A stretch of DNA of 64,000 bases. Source: an uncultured Nitrospirales bacterium (GTDB taxonomy: Bacteria; Hydrogenedentota; Hydrogenedentia; Hydrogenedentales; SCBR16-9). The translations under genes and the position numbers were made by a program. Below are positions 29,927-40,475 of the stretch, piece after piece. Below the pieces are notes generated by a model that was not told the origin of the DNA, did not search any database, and saw only the letters and a program-made list of their open reading frames with translations. The stretch lies in the NCBI GenBank assembly GCA_964537975.1, contig CAZIDP010000010.1:39433-103432 (forward strand), given 5' to 3'. Position 1 is the first letter of the stretch. Every line of letters begins with the position of its first letter.

Positions 29927-29980
29927 GCAAAGGCACACAACCAGAATCATGAAATAAAACGCTGTGAGGAATTTATCAAA

Positions 29981-31279
29981 GTGAAACGCAGAGAAATAAT
30001 GATGAGCGCGGCAGCGGGACTGGGTGCTTCCCTGTTGAACATGACCGGCGAATCTCTGGCTGCTCCATTGGTCGATGGACTTGAACGCAACGCCGCGGGA
30101 CGTCGTCCGGACATGACGATAACCGATGTCGAGCAATTTGAAGTCTATGTCAAGGACCAAGATGAAGAAGAGAACCGGGGCGAGGAACGCCGTTTCTATG
30201 TGTATAAAGTTATGAGCGATGCCGGAATTTCCGGGTATGCCTTTGGCCGCTTTCACCCCTACAGCGATATTCCACGCGTGAAAGAAATCCTGCTCGGAAA
30301 AGACCCCTTCGCACTGGAAGACTTCATCCACGAAGGATTGTGCCACGTAAGCAGTTGGGAAAACGCAATCTGGGACCTCATCGGTAAGGCATGTAACCAA
30401 CCGGTATTTCGCCTGCTCGGTGGTCCCTACCGCGATCGCATAAAACTGTATCTCACCACCGTTTGGCCCGGCAATCCCGATCAGTCGGATGTCTCCTTCG
30501 AACAACAAGCTGAGGACTTATACTACTTCAAACAAAATGGATTTCACGCTGCGAAAATCCGCTGCTGGCGTGAGAATCCCATGGACGATGTCGAAGCCCT
30601 TAAACATATCAAGCGCGCCGTAGGTGATGACTTTCTGGTCATGTTTGATCGTACCGGACAACGCGCGCCCTGGATATGGTCTTACGATCAGGCTTTACAG
30701 GTGAGTCTGGCCATGCAGGAGGAAGGTGCTTACTGGATAGAAGAACCTTTCGAACGCGAAAACTACACCAGCTCTTTCCGCGAACTCATTCCAACCCATG
30801 AATCCCCATCGTATCATTCCATAGCGCGTTCGGCAAGGCTGCGAGAGGCAGTGGATATTCGTATCACCGGAGGAGAAGGTGATAATGACACGCATATGTT
30901 TGGACAGTATCTGATTAATGGCGCTTTTGACATGCTGCAACCTGATTGTCTGCTGGTAGGCGGTATTCTGACGTCAATCAAAATTGCCATGATGTGTGAG
31001 GCTTTCGATACCGAGTTCATACTACATGGCATTCACGGGTTGCCCGTCGCGGGAAACCTCCAGGTCGACGCCGCATCGTCCTTACCATATATGCAGGAGT
31101 TGGTCATGACTACACCCGGTGTCCTGCCCCAGGAGACCTTGGCTCCAGGAAAGCGACTGCTGCATAATCAAGACGCGCTGCACATTGAAGACGGTTACAT
31201 GCACATCCCGCAAGGTCCCGGGCTTGGCTTGGATATCAATCTGGATGCTTTAGAGCACTACCGCGTCCGCAGGCGTTGA
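29981..31279 (+). CDS. Mandelate racemase/muconate lactonizing enzyme family protein, paralog of the upstream gene
   Basis: KRRE signal; AIWDLIGKACNQPVFRLLGG, KIRCWREN, WIEEP, LQPD, PGLG. Confidence 0.88.
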   Translation: MKRREIMMSAAAGLGASLLNMTGESLAAPLVDGLERNAAGRRPDMTITDVEQFEVYVKDQDEEENRGEERRFYVYKVMSDAGISGYAFGRFHPYSDIPRVKEILLGKDPFALEDFIHEGLCHVSSWENAIWDLIGKACNQPVFRLLGGPYRDRIKLYLTTVWPGNPDQSDVSFEQQAEDLYYFKQNGFHAAKIRCWRENPMDDVEALKHIKRAVGDDFLVMFDRTGQRAPWIWSYDQALQVSLAMQEEGAYWIEEPFERENYTSSFRELIPTHESPSYHSIARSARLREAVDIRITGGEGDNDTHMFGQYLINGAFDMLQPDCLLVGGILTSIKIAMMCEAFDTEFILHGIHGLPVAGNLQVDAASSLPYMQELVMTTPGVLPQETLAPGKRLLHNQDALHIEDGYMHIPQGPGLGLDINLDALEHYRVRRR

Positions 31280-31327
31280 TCGTGCCGAGACAAAAGCAAT
31301 ACCAAGTTCACTTATTTGTACTCAGGC

Positions 31328-32476
31328 TCAGCCCCACAACTCAGGTGATTTGCCATTGACAGAAGCGGCTACTTGCTCATACAATGTTTCATATTGCTGT
31401 ACTATTTTGTCCCGGTTGAATACATTTAATGCACGCTCATGACCTTTATCACCCATCGATTTAGCAAGCGCTTCATCGGTCAGCACACGTATGGCACAAG
31501 CAGCCATGGATTCAATGTCACCGACTTCGCACAAGAAACCCGTTTCTTCATGCACCACGACTTCCATAATTCCACCACTTGCCGTCGCCAGCACCGGAAC
31601 GCCACACGCCATGGCTTCCAAGGGTACCAGCCCAAAACTCTCATGCTCACTGGGCTGAAAAACCAAATCAGCACATGGCAATATATTCTCGATCTGTTCA
31701 TAATTACCCAGATATTTAATACGATCCGAAATCCCCAGTTGCTTGGCTACGCCTTGTGCCGCAAGCCGCTCCGGTCCTTCACCAACCATGATTAAACGCG
31801 CGTTCACCTTTTCCAGCACTTTCTTAAATACACGAACCACATCGGTCACGCGTTTCACCGGCCGGAAATTTGATATGTGCATTATAATTTTTTCATCATC
31901 TTCAGTGAGCTGACACTTATTAGAGGTATCATTGGAAAACTTGGCCGGATCAATGAAGTTGTATATGGTATGTATGGGTTTTTTAAGCTGAAATTCGCGT
32001 TGGGTCTCCTCTCGAAGCCAGTTTGATACGGCTGTAACCGCGCAACTGTTTTCCATGGCATACTTGGTAATGCGGAAAAACGATGGATCACTTCCGACCA
32101 GGGTAATATCTGTCCCATGCAATGTCGTCACAATTCCGAAACGTTTTTCCGGGACTGTCATCGAACGGGCAAACAGCGTTGCCGCAGCATTCGGTATAGC
32201 ATAATGCGCATGCCAGACCTGGATGTCATGTTCTTCCGCGACTTCACAGATGCGTGTAGCAAGTGCCAGCGAATAGGGTGGAAATCGAAACAGCGGATAC
32301 GACAAGACATCGACATAATGAAAGCTGATATTCTTATAAAATCCAGTCAAGCGAAACGGAGGCTCCAAGGTAACAAAGTGGATTTCGTGACCACGCTCTG
32401 CCAATGCGATACCCAGCTCCGTTGCAAGTATCCCGCTACCACCTGCTGTCGGGTGACATGTAATTCCAATCTTCAT
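31328..32476 (-). CDS. bshA: N-acetyl-alpha-D-glucosaminyl L-malate synthase
   Basis: MKIGITCHPTAGGSGILATELG, HAHYAIP, TTLHGTDITLVG, HISNFRPVKRV, ESFGL. Confidence 0.95.
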   Translation of the reverse strand: MKIGITCHPTAGGSGILATELGIALAERGHEIHFVTLEPPFRLTGFYKNISFHYVDVLSYPLFRFPPYSLALATRICEVAEEHDIQVWHAHYAIPNAAATLFARSMTVPEKRFGIVTTLHGTDITLVGSDPSFFRITKYAMENSCAVTAVSNWLREETQREFQLKKPIHTIYNFIDPAKFSNDTSNKCQLTEDDEKIIMHISNFRPVKRVTDVVRVFKKVLEKVNARLIMVGEGPERLAAQGVAKQLGISDRIKYLGNYEQIENILPCADLVFQPSEHESFGLVPLEAMACGVPVLATASGGIMEVVVHEETGFLCEVGDIESMAACAIRVLTDEALAKSMGDKGHERALNVFNRDKIVQQYETLYEQVAASVNGKSPELWG

Positions 32477-32535
32477 GATACTATATCCTTAAAGTTTCAA
32501 CGAATCCCAGATCGGAATCGTACTCGAATATGTTT

Positions 32536-33252
32536 TTATTCCTGTAAATCGGATTCCCAAGGCAAGTTTACGCCCAATGGCAATTCTGTATACAGTGGTT
32601 CGCCAAATTCAACTCCAATTCGTCGGCCCCAGAAACGTGCTCGTACTTCAATATCATCCCAGAAAGCTTTTGATGAAACATGTGTTTCCACCCCGGAATA
32701 GCCCGGATGGTACAATTGCGAAACATACGCACATAGCGCATTTATTTTCTGCGTATAAGTTTCTGAAACATTCACTACCAAGGTCGGAGTAGTCAGCGAC
32801 TCATAATAGGCATGATAATAATATATGCGTTCAGCACGATGCGGTGGCACATCGGTTTTCAACTTGTGTAATCCTGACAAGAAGTGCGCGTCCCGCACCA
32901 GGGCATGCGCCACACTATGATCCGGATGACGGTCCGGTGCCATGGGAGCAAATATAAATAGTGGAGTGAAACGCCGGATACAGGCAACAATTTCAAGACG
33001 TTGTGCTTCGTTATTTTCCAGTTTACTGTCCGGTAATTCCAGACAGACACGTTCTTTTATTCCTAAAATTTTACCAGATTCCGCGGCTTCTAACCTGCGC
33101 TCTTCAACAGTCCCGCGACTGGACATCTCCCCCGCAGTCATATCAGCTATAGTGACTGCATGCCCACCTCCAGTCAACTTGGCAATGATCCCGCCAACTC
33201 CCAGTTCTGCATCATCCGGATGCGCACCAAACACCAATATATTGCTGCTCAT
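32536..33252 (-). CDS. bshB1: GlcNAc-malate deacetylase
   Basis: GAHPDDAELG, GEMSSRGT, DRHPDH; between bshC and bshA. Confidence 0.9.
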   Translation of the reverse strand: MSSNILVFGAHPDDAELGVGGIIAKLTGGGHAVTIADMTAGEMSSRGTVEERRLEAAESGKILGIKERVCLELPDSKLENNEAQRLEIVACIRRFTPLFIFAPMAPDRHPDHSVAHALVRDAHFLSGLHKLKTDVPPHRAERIYYYHAYYESLTTPTLVVNVSETYTQKINALCAYVSQLYHPGYSGVETHVSSKAFWDDIEVRARFWGRRIGVEFGEPLYTELPLGVNLPWESDLQE

Positions 33253-34820
33253 AGAATTATTTCCTGTGTCTCATTACTCACTGGATTTATCGTGGCTATC
33301 AAATGTGGTATGAGATCGATTCCATGCTCAAACAGAAATGAAAAAATATTGAGCACCCGTTCTTGAGGCTTTCCGAGTGGTGCAATCACATTGCACATAC
33401 GCGTCACATGAGTGCAAACAGTGCGATTCCTTTCAATATCACCACGCAGGAGACCACGCTTGAGTTTTTCCAGATGATATTCAAAAGCTTTATGAAATAA
33501 ACGCACCTGTTGCTGTGCGCGTTCCTGGGTTGGTGACATTTGCTGCAGTGCCTCCCGCAAGCTGCCGACTTGTGCACGAAGCGAGGTTTCATGTCGATAG
33601 AAATGCTCCAAAGAAGCGAGTGTTGGCATTGAGGTCAGCGCCTGGGCTTCCAATTCTGTGTGCGGTCGGGTAAAGTCGGCATCTTGAAGGGCATAATCTG
33701 TCTGTAAACGAGCAACCGATTGCGGAAGAAGGAGTGCTCTGGCACGTGGATAAACTATCGGCATAGAATATTTATAGTGTTCAAACAAGGGTTTTAATTG
33801 TGCCCAATATGCAAGCTCACCCGGACCTGCCACATAACATCGCGTTGGAAATAAGGCTTGTTGAACTATACAGCGCAAAGCAACATTCGGACTGAATTGC
33901 TCTGGTAGACTGTTTAGCATATGCTCCAATTCAACGGGAGTACATCGCAGTTGTTCTTCTGGTATGTAGTAATAACCATCTCGAAACAACACTTTCCTTC
34001 GTCTGCCACCCATGTACAGAAAAAAATTACATTCATGTTCCGCTTTCACTACTTGCGCATCATACCCCAATGCTTTCAAGGCTTGACCGGTTTCGTTCAG
34101 CAGTTCAGTACTTTTGAGTGGTGTGGCAATATCATGCGCGATAACTGGTTTTGCGCATTCGCGTGCTGCGTCCAGGTGGGGTGAAAAAATACACAATGGC
34201 GTATTGCGAAAAAGTACTGCCATTAATCTAGCATGCCAGTCCGACAATGATGCTGCGTCATTCAACGTATCCAGCAACAAATCACGAATCTCTTCACCGA
34301 CATCTGAAAATCGCACGACGCGACTGATTTGATCTACAACCTCTTTTAAAGAAGATTCCAAAGGCATCCGAAACATCGGCAAGCCAGAAAATGCTCCGAA
34401 TCCATCTTCAGCAATTTCGTAACGGTGCGTAAAAACAGTATGGTTGCGTGTCAGAAAATGGGAACTACGTACTTCTTCAAAATCATGATCATCACTTGCA
34501 ACCCAATAGACAGGAAGATGGGGTATGCCTGTTCGTAATTCGCATTCCTGTGCCAAACGTATAGCCGAAATGGCTTTATAGATAGTGTACAGCGGGCCTG
34601 TGAACATACCTGGTTGCTGACCGGTAACAATGACCCACTCATTGCCTGTAATTTTGCGATCCAGACCGAGATACCCCTGATAGGATCGCAACGCTTCCAG
34701 CAATGCAGGATTCCATACCGGCCTTGCTGAATCATTATTAAACAACGCCTCAGGTGATTTCGCGTAAAAAGCCATCAACTGTGCATCTCTGGCCATATAT
34801 GATTGCAAGAACGTAGACAT
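33249..34820 (-). CDS. bshC: Bacillithiol biosynthesis cysteine-adding enzyme
   Basis: VTGQQPGMFTGPLYTIYKA, WVASDDHDFEEV, FSPNVALR, YVAGPGELAYW, PQER; ATG 34820 with GAGG RBS. Confidence 0.93.
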   Translation of the reverse strand: MSTFLQSYMARDAQLMAFYAKSPEALFNNDSARPVWNPALLEALRSYQGYLGLDRKITGNEWVIVTGQQPGMFTGPLYTIYKAISAIRLAQECELRTGIPHLPVYWVASDDHDFEEVRSSHFLTRNHTVFTHRYEIAEDGFGAFSGLPMFRMPLESSLKEVVDQISRVVRFSDVGEEIRDLLLDTLNDAASLSDWHARLMAVLFRNTPLCIFSPHLDAARECAKPVIAHDIATPLKSTELLNETGQALKALGYDAQVVKAEHECNFFLYMGGRRRKVLFRDGYYYIPEEQLRCTPVELEHMLNSLPEQFSPNVALRCIVQQALFPTRCYVAGPGELAYWAQLKPLFEHYKYSMPIVYPRARALLLPQSVARLQTDYALQDADFTRPHTELEAQALTSMPTLASLEHFYRHETSLRAQVGSLREALQQMSPTQERAQQQVRLFHKAFEYHLEKLKRGLLRGDIERNRTVCTHVTRMCNVIAPLGKPQERVLNIFSFLFEHGIDLIPHLIATINPVSNETQEIIL

Positions 34821-34827
34821 AACTACC

Positions 34828-35580
34828 TCAGGATTCTGCAACTATTATCATGCGTGGTGATTCTTCGGTCAAGGGAGCACCTGTGTAATCGCCAAAAAAC
34901 AAGCGCACTTTCAAACCTGCATCGGACATATAAGCGCTGATTTCATTGGCTGTAAATAATCGTACCGATTCTTTTATCTCCTGAACCACACCTTCTGAAT
35001 TTACAATCCGGGTATGCTTGTTCACCCGATGCGTTTCTTCGTCAATCCAACGGTTTTCTTCAATGGAAAAACCGGCCATAATTCTTTGTGAGTCCGGCAC
35101 CAATGTCTTACGGATAGAATTTACGTTGATATGGTCCATGAACAACAGACCACCTGGCTTTAATGCAAATTGAATTCCGCGTAAAACAGAAATGTTTTCC
35201 GTCATATCCAGAAAGTACCCAAAACTGGTAAAGAAATTTACAATGACATCAAAACATTTATGAAAAGGTATATTGCGCATATCTGCACGAAGCAACCGGG
35301 CATTCTCACCTAGCGATTTACAGGCTTTTTTAAGCAGTTCGTTTGAATAATCCAAACCATATAGTTGCGCAGTACAGTTGCTTAAATGAGCAAGATGACG
35401 ACCGGTTCCGCAACAGAGATCAAGTAAACGTGTTTGTGAATGTATAGACAAAACTTCAGCGGCAAATTCAGCTTCTGGTTTCGCTGCTTCAAGACTTCGA
35501 TGTCCATATAATACCGGGTACAGATCGTCGAATGCATTCGCGAACCAATTGACATCAATAGTCTTATCATTTAATGGCAA
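34828..35580 (-). CDS. Class I SAM-dependent methyltransferase (candidate bacillithiol N-methyltransferase)
   Basis: LLDLCCGTGRH, ADMR, FDVIVNFFTSFGYF; immediately upstream of bshC. Confidence 0.85.
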   Translation of the reverse strand: MPLNDKTIDVNWFANAFDDLYPVLYGHRSLEAAKPEAEFAAEVLSIHSQTRLLDLCCGTGRHLAHLSNCTAQLYGLDYSNELLKKACKSLGENARLLRADMRNIPFHKCFDVIVNFFTSFGYFLDMTENISVLRGIQFALKPGGLLFMDHINVNSIRKTLVPDSQRIMAGFSIEENRWIDEETHRVNKHTRIVNSEGVVQEIKESVRLFTANEISAYMSDAGLKVRLFFGDYTGAPLTEESPRMIIVAES

Positions 35581-35668
35581 ACCAGCAACCTCTTCCTCTT
35601 ATAAACGTTATACTGTTATCGGTTATTAATTGGTAACAGATACACCAATTATACACATTAGCAAACCA

Positions 35669-37150
35669 CTACAACATTTCTCCAATGGTATGCAGTTCCA
35701 TAAGGTTGGTTCGTCCACCAACCGTCATTGGAGACCCGGCTACAATAATAACTGTTTCACCTTGCAACACTAAATTATGCTCCAATAAAAGTTTTTCAAC
35801 CCGTATCGATAACTCATCAACACGATCAAAGTCATCTGTCTTCAACGCATTAATACCCCACATCAGGGCACATTTCCTTAACGTACTTTCCGAATTGGTT
35901 ATTGCGGTAATTCGAGAAGCTGGACGATGCCGGGCCATTGCCAATGCAGTATAGCCTGTCTTGGTGAAACAAATGATGCGCTTGATATCAAGCATTTCTG
36001 CCAGGCGGCACACTGCCAGTCCCATCGCATCGGCAAATGAATCAATACGTACCTGGCTCCGGCGTTCACGTCGTACACGCAATTTTTCTTCTACTATCTG
36101 CCGTTGTGCCCGACGTTCTTCCTGCGGAATTGTGGCAAGGGAATTGTCTGTCTTGAACGCAATTCTGGCCATAACGGCACAAGTTTCTACCGGGTAACGT
36201 CCTGCGGCAGTCTCACCTGACAACATTACCGCATCGGTACCATCCAATATTGCACTACTGACATCAGCAACTTCAGCCCGGGTTGGCCGTGGATGATTTA
36301 TCATAGACTCCAGCATCTGCGTTGCGGTAATAACGGGTACGCCCATTTCATTGCATTGATGGATAAGTCGCTTCTGAATTACTGGAACTTCTTCAAAATC
36401 CACTTCAACACCGAGGTCGCCACGCGCTACCATTACCGCATCACTGAGTGTAACGATCTCTTCAAAACATTCTAAAGCTTCGGGACGCTCTATTTTTGCG
36501 ATGATACCTGTTTCGGCTCCGGATTCATCAATAATCTTCCGTAAACATCGGATATCATCCGGTCTGCGCACAAAGGACAGTGCGATGTAGTCCACACCAA
36601 GCTTCAACCCAAAATCAATGTCTGATAAATCTTTTTCGGTCAATGAAGCCTCAGTTATGTCTACACCGGGTAAATTTATTCCCTTATGCGCTCCCAATGT
36701 ACCACCGCGAATGACAACACAATGAATATCGGGTGGTTCTATGGTACGAACTTGAACTTCCAGACTACCATCAGATATCAGGATTCTATCACCGGGATGA
36801 ACATCATTGGCCAGGTTCTTATAGGTCGTTGAAACTCGGAAGGCGTCACCAGGACAATTCTCAGTAGATATAACGAAATCATCTCCTTCGACCAATTCTA
36901 CAAAAGTTGTACCTTCCAAATGACCAGTACGGATTTTGGGCCCTTGCAAGTCCATCATGATGGCTAAATTCTTATCGAGAGATAAAGCAGCAGTGCGAAT
37001 TTTATTGTATCGGGCAAGGTGTTCTTCATGAGAACCATGAGAGAAGTTCAATCGGGCTACATTCATACCGGCCCGGATCAGGTTCTCCAGACATTCGGGA
37101 GAATCTGAAGCCGGACCGATGGTACAAACAATTTTGGTGCGGCGATCCAT
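35669..37150 (-). CDS. pyk: Pyruvate kinase
   Basis: TKIVCTIGPAS, ARLNFSHG, DLQGPKIR, MVARGDLGVE, ATQMLESM. Confidence 0.98.
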   Translation of the reverse strand: MDRRTKIVCTIGPASDSPECLENLIRAGMNVARLNFSHGSHEEHLARYNKIRTAALSLDKNLAIMMDLQGPKIRTGHLEGTTFVELVEGDDFVISTENCPGDAFRVSTTYKNLANDVHPGDRILISDGSLEVQVRTIEPPDIHCVVIRGGTLGAHKGINLPGVDITEASLTEKDLSDIDFGLKLGVDYIALSFVRRPDDIRCLRKIIDESGAETGIIAKIERPEALECFEEIVTLSDAVMVARGDLGVEVDFEEVPVIQKRLIHQCNEMGVPVITATQMLESMINHPRPTRAEVADVSSAILDGTDAVMLSGETAAGRYPVETCAVMARIAFKTDNSLATIPQEERRAQRQIVEEKLRVRRERRSQVRIDSFADAMGLAVCRLAEMLDIKRIICFTKTGYTALAMARHRPASRITAITNSESTLRKCALMWGINALKTDDFDRVDELSIRVEKLLLEHNLVLQGETVIIVAGSPMTVGGRTNLMELHTIGEML

Positions 37151-37156
37151 CCGCTA

Positions 37157-38494
37157 TTAATTCCAATCCAGGAATGCGTTATAGATCGCTTCTAAGGCAT
37201 TGGCAAGGTCTTTTTCAGCAACCCCAATTATGATATTCATCTCGGATGAGCCCTGATCAATGACTTGGATATTCACCTTGGCTTCCGCTAGCGCGGTACA
37301 CAGACGCCCTGCCACACCTATGTGATGGTTCATTCCCTGGCCCACTGTTGCTATCATCGCCAGCCCGCTCTCAATATTAATTTCATCCGGTTCACATCGA
37401 GACTTGATGAATTCTACCAGGTCTTCCCCTTTACCATTTAATTCATCATCTTTTATGATGACAGATATGGTATCAATGCCAGTCGGCATATGCTCCCAGC
37501 TTATACCATTTTCTTCAAGAACCTGGAGTACCTTGAAACCAAAACCACGTTCCTTGTTCATCAAGGTCTTTTCAATATTGATCATGGAAAACCCAGGTTG
37601 ACCAGCAATACCACAGACAGGATGTTCACTTGTCCGTTCCGATACAATCATTGTTCCTGGATTATTTGGTTCCCACGTATTACGAATTTGAATGGGAATT
37701 CCTACATCACGGACAGGATAGATGGCTTCATCATGTAATACCGTCGCTCCCATATAGGACAACTCTCGTAATTCCTTGTAGGTGACTTCCTCAATACGTT
37801 TTGCATTTTGCACAACACGTGGGTCCGCCATTCGAAAACCAGAAACATCCGTCCAGTTTTCATACAGAGAAGAGCCAGAAGCTCTTGCCACAATCGAACC
37901 AGTAACATCACTTCCGCCACGCGAAAACGTTTTAATACGACCATCCGGCAATGAACCATAAAAACCTGGCACTATAAACATGCCCTCACTTTTCAATTGT
38001 GTTCCTAATAATTGAAAACTGATTGGGTCCAGTCGTCCATTTTTTGTAAATTTGATATAGTCAGCCGGATCAATAAATGTTGCATTCAAAAAGCTAGCCA
38101 GCAATCGACCATTTATATATTCACCACGCGAAGCCATATAATCGGGTTTTGCATGTGGATGGGTTTCCGGTGAATCAGCCAGTCCCGAAAGCTGATCGTC
38201 AATATCGTCCAGTATGGCGTGAATATCAAATGTGACGTTAAGATCATCAGCCAACTGTTTAAATCGTTCTGCGATAATCTGTTTGGGTTCGGCCGGGTCC
38301 AGTCCCTGCAAGGTGACACTATGCCAAGCGTACAACAAATCGGTGATTTTACGGTCTTTCGGATCACGTTTCCCGGGAGCCGATGGCACAATAAATCGTC
38401 TATCGGGATTAGCCCTTATAATCCGTTCCACTTGTATCACGCACGCCGCATCAGCAAGTGAAGTACCACCAAATTTACAGGTAATTCCGCTCAT
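37157..38494 (-). CDS. lysC: Aspartate kinase
   Basis: CKFGGTS, SAPGKR, TFSRGGSDVTG, ENWTDVSG, two ACT domains. Confidence 0.92.
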   Translation of the reverse strand: MSGITCKFGGTSLADAACVIQVERIIRANPDRRFIVPSAPGKRDPKDRKITDLLYAWHSVTLQGLDPAEPKQIIAERFKQLADDLNVTFDIHAILDDIDDQLSGLADSPETHPHAKPDYMASRGEYINGRLLASFLNATFIDPADYIKFTKNGRLDPISFQLLGTQLKSEGMFIVPGFYGSLPDGRIKTFSRGGSDVTGSIVARASGSSLYENWTDVSGFRMADPRVVQNAKRIEEVTYKELRELSYMGATVLHDEAIYPVRDVGIPIQIRNTWEPNNPGTMIVSERTSEHPVCGIAGQPGFSMINIEKTLMNKERGFGFKVLQVLEENGISWEHMPTGIDTISVIIKDDELNGKGEDLVEFIKSRCEPDEINIESGLAMIATVGQGMNHHIGVAGRLCTALAEAKVNIQVIDQGSSEMNIIIGVAEKDLANALEAIYNAFLDWN

Positions 38495-38774
38495 TAAACA
38501 AAGTCTCCTATTCTACCGGCAATAAGTTATGAATTGGGGAATACTACAATGTTGTCTGGTATCCATCCGAATTATAGTACAAGCATTTTAGCTTGCATCT
38601 CTCTGTATCAAGAAATATGCAAAAAGTATTGTGAGGCATTTCCATCTGCATGCGTCCATGAATCAAGTTTTCTCATACCAAGAAATTGTAGGCAAACTGA
38701 GCATGCAACCAACAACATGTGTAGATAGACAATAGCACTTACCAGAAGTATACGAAGCCTGATTCAACTCATAT

Positions 38775-40475
38775 CTAGGGCATACTGTTGCTGATCAACC
38801 GAACAATATCCTGCCAGGTAACAAACAACATCAGACTGACTATCAGCAGCAACCCAAAAGCCTGGTATCGTTCTTGAATTTTTGGATTCAACGGCTTGCG
38901 TCGTATACCTTCCAGTGTATTCAATACAAGCAATCCACCATCCAATACCGGAATGGGTAACATGTTAAAAATTGCCAGGTTGATGCTGATAAATGCCGTT
39001 ATACGCGTCAGCCACAACCAACCTGCTTCAGCAGCTTGTGTTGTTACCGTATAGATCATCACAGGACCTCCCAGGTCCTTGATACTTACATCACGTAAAA
39101 TAAGTGCCTTTAATGTCAGCAATGTACGACTGCCAGCAAGATAACTTTGTCTGAACGCTTCTGGAATTATCCGGGATGCCGGAGAACGATGGTACACTGT
39201 TTTAGTTATCATACCAATACCCACAGCACGTACAGCATCAACCGGTAATACCAATTCGAGTTCATCACGACTTTGTAATATACCCATCATGATAGCAGGC
39301 CGCTGCACCTTAACCTCAAGACTTTCACCCGGGTGAGTCCGCTCCATATCTCGGAAAGTTTCTATTGTAGCCGGAAGGCCATTGACCTCTACGATAACAT
39401 CACGTCGTTGTAATCCAGTCAGCTCTTGATAGTCTGCGCCAATCATTACAACCTCGACCGACGATGCATCCACGTTAGATTTCGTCGGGATAACATTCAT
39501 ACCTTGAATACGTCCAATTGTATCCGGGATTAAGGCAACTTCAATTCGTTCACCATTGCGCAGAATCTCCAACAACATCTCATCGCCTTCGGGTATCTGC
39601 TCTGTCATTTCTCTGAATGTGGTAGCATCTACTGTCTCGCCATTTGCGCGTTGGATGATATCTCCTTCTTGAAGTGCCAAGGCTGCTGCCGGCATGCCTT
39701 CCATCACATCGCCGATCAAAGCGGTAGAAAATGGCGCAACACCAAAACGTGGGTATTCACCCTCTTCCAACAACCGTGGTGAAACACGCGACAGATAATA
39801 ATCGATATTGCCATCAGGTTGTACACGTTCCAACAATACATCATGCATACGGTCTTCACCACCAAGAACAGCTTCAATAGCCAAGTCCGAAATATTGTCA
39901 ACTGTACGCCCACCCAACGATACAATCAGGTCACCGGTCTTCCAACCATAAGTATCCGGTTCTCGCTGGAAATCAACCAGGTTATGATTTTGTATTTCTT
40001 CACCTTCTAATCTCCACATAGGCGCGGAGGCTGCTGGTGCCTCCGATTCCACTTTACCAATGCGGGCATTGACTTCCCATTCCGGGACATTTGCGCCAAC
40101 CGCAGCAATAACTCCATACAAAACGACCGCCACTACTACATTCATAAATGGCCCGGCAACAATAACGATGATTCGCTGCCACACCGGTTTGTTGTTGAAC
40201 CAGCGTTCCGGCGGAACATCTCCATATTCCTTGGAGCGCTCCTCCTCACTCATAGGCGCATCTTCCTGACCAGCCATTTTCACAAAGCCACCAATCGGCA
40301 GTGCTCCGATACAATAGTCGGTTTCACCCCATTTTATACCAAATGCCCTTGGCGGCATACCGATGCTGAACCTGTCAACATATATATTGCATGCTTTGGC
40401 TGCCAGAAAATGCCCAAGTTCATGGAAAAAAATCAAAAAACTCAAGACCAAAAGGAAAATAATAAAACTCATCAT
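38775..40475 (-). CDS. rseP: RIP metalloprotease RseP with multiple PDZ domains
   Basis: HELGH, LPIGGFVKM, AGPFMN, NMLPIPVLDGG; downstream of dxr. Confidence 0.95.
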   Translation of the reverse strand: MMSFIIFLLVLSFLIFFHELGHFLAAKACNIYVDRFSIGMPPRAFGIKWGETDYCIGALPIGGFVKMAGQEDAPMSEEERSKEYGDVPPERWFNNKPVWQRIIVIVAGPFMNVVVAVVLYGVIAAVGANVPEWEVNARIGKVESEAPAASAPMWRLEGEEIQNHNLVDFQREPDTYGWKTGDLIVSLGGRTVDNISDLAIEAVLGGEDRMHDVLLERVQPDGNIDYYLSRVSPRLLEEGEYPRFGVAPFSTALIGDVMEGMPAAALALQEGDIIQRANGETVDATTFREMTEQIPEGDEMLLEILRNGERIEVALIPDTIGRIQGMNVIPTKSNVDASSVEVVMIGADYQELTGLQRRDVIVEVNGLPATIETFRDMERTHPGESLEVKVQRPAIMMGILQSRDELELVLPVDAVRAVGIGMITKTVYHRSPASRIIPEAFRQSYLAGSRTLLTLKALILRDVSIKDLGGPVMIYTVTTQAAEAGWLWLTRITAFISINLAIFNMLPIPVLDGGLLVLNTLEGIRRKPLNPKIQERYQAFGLLLIVSLMLFVTWQDIVRLISNSMP

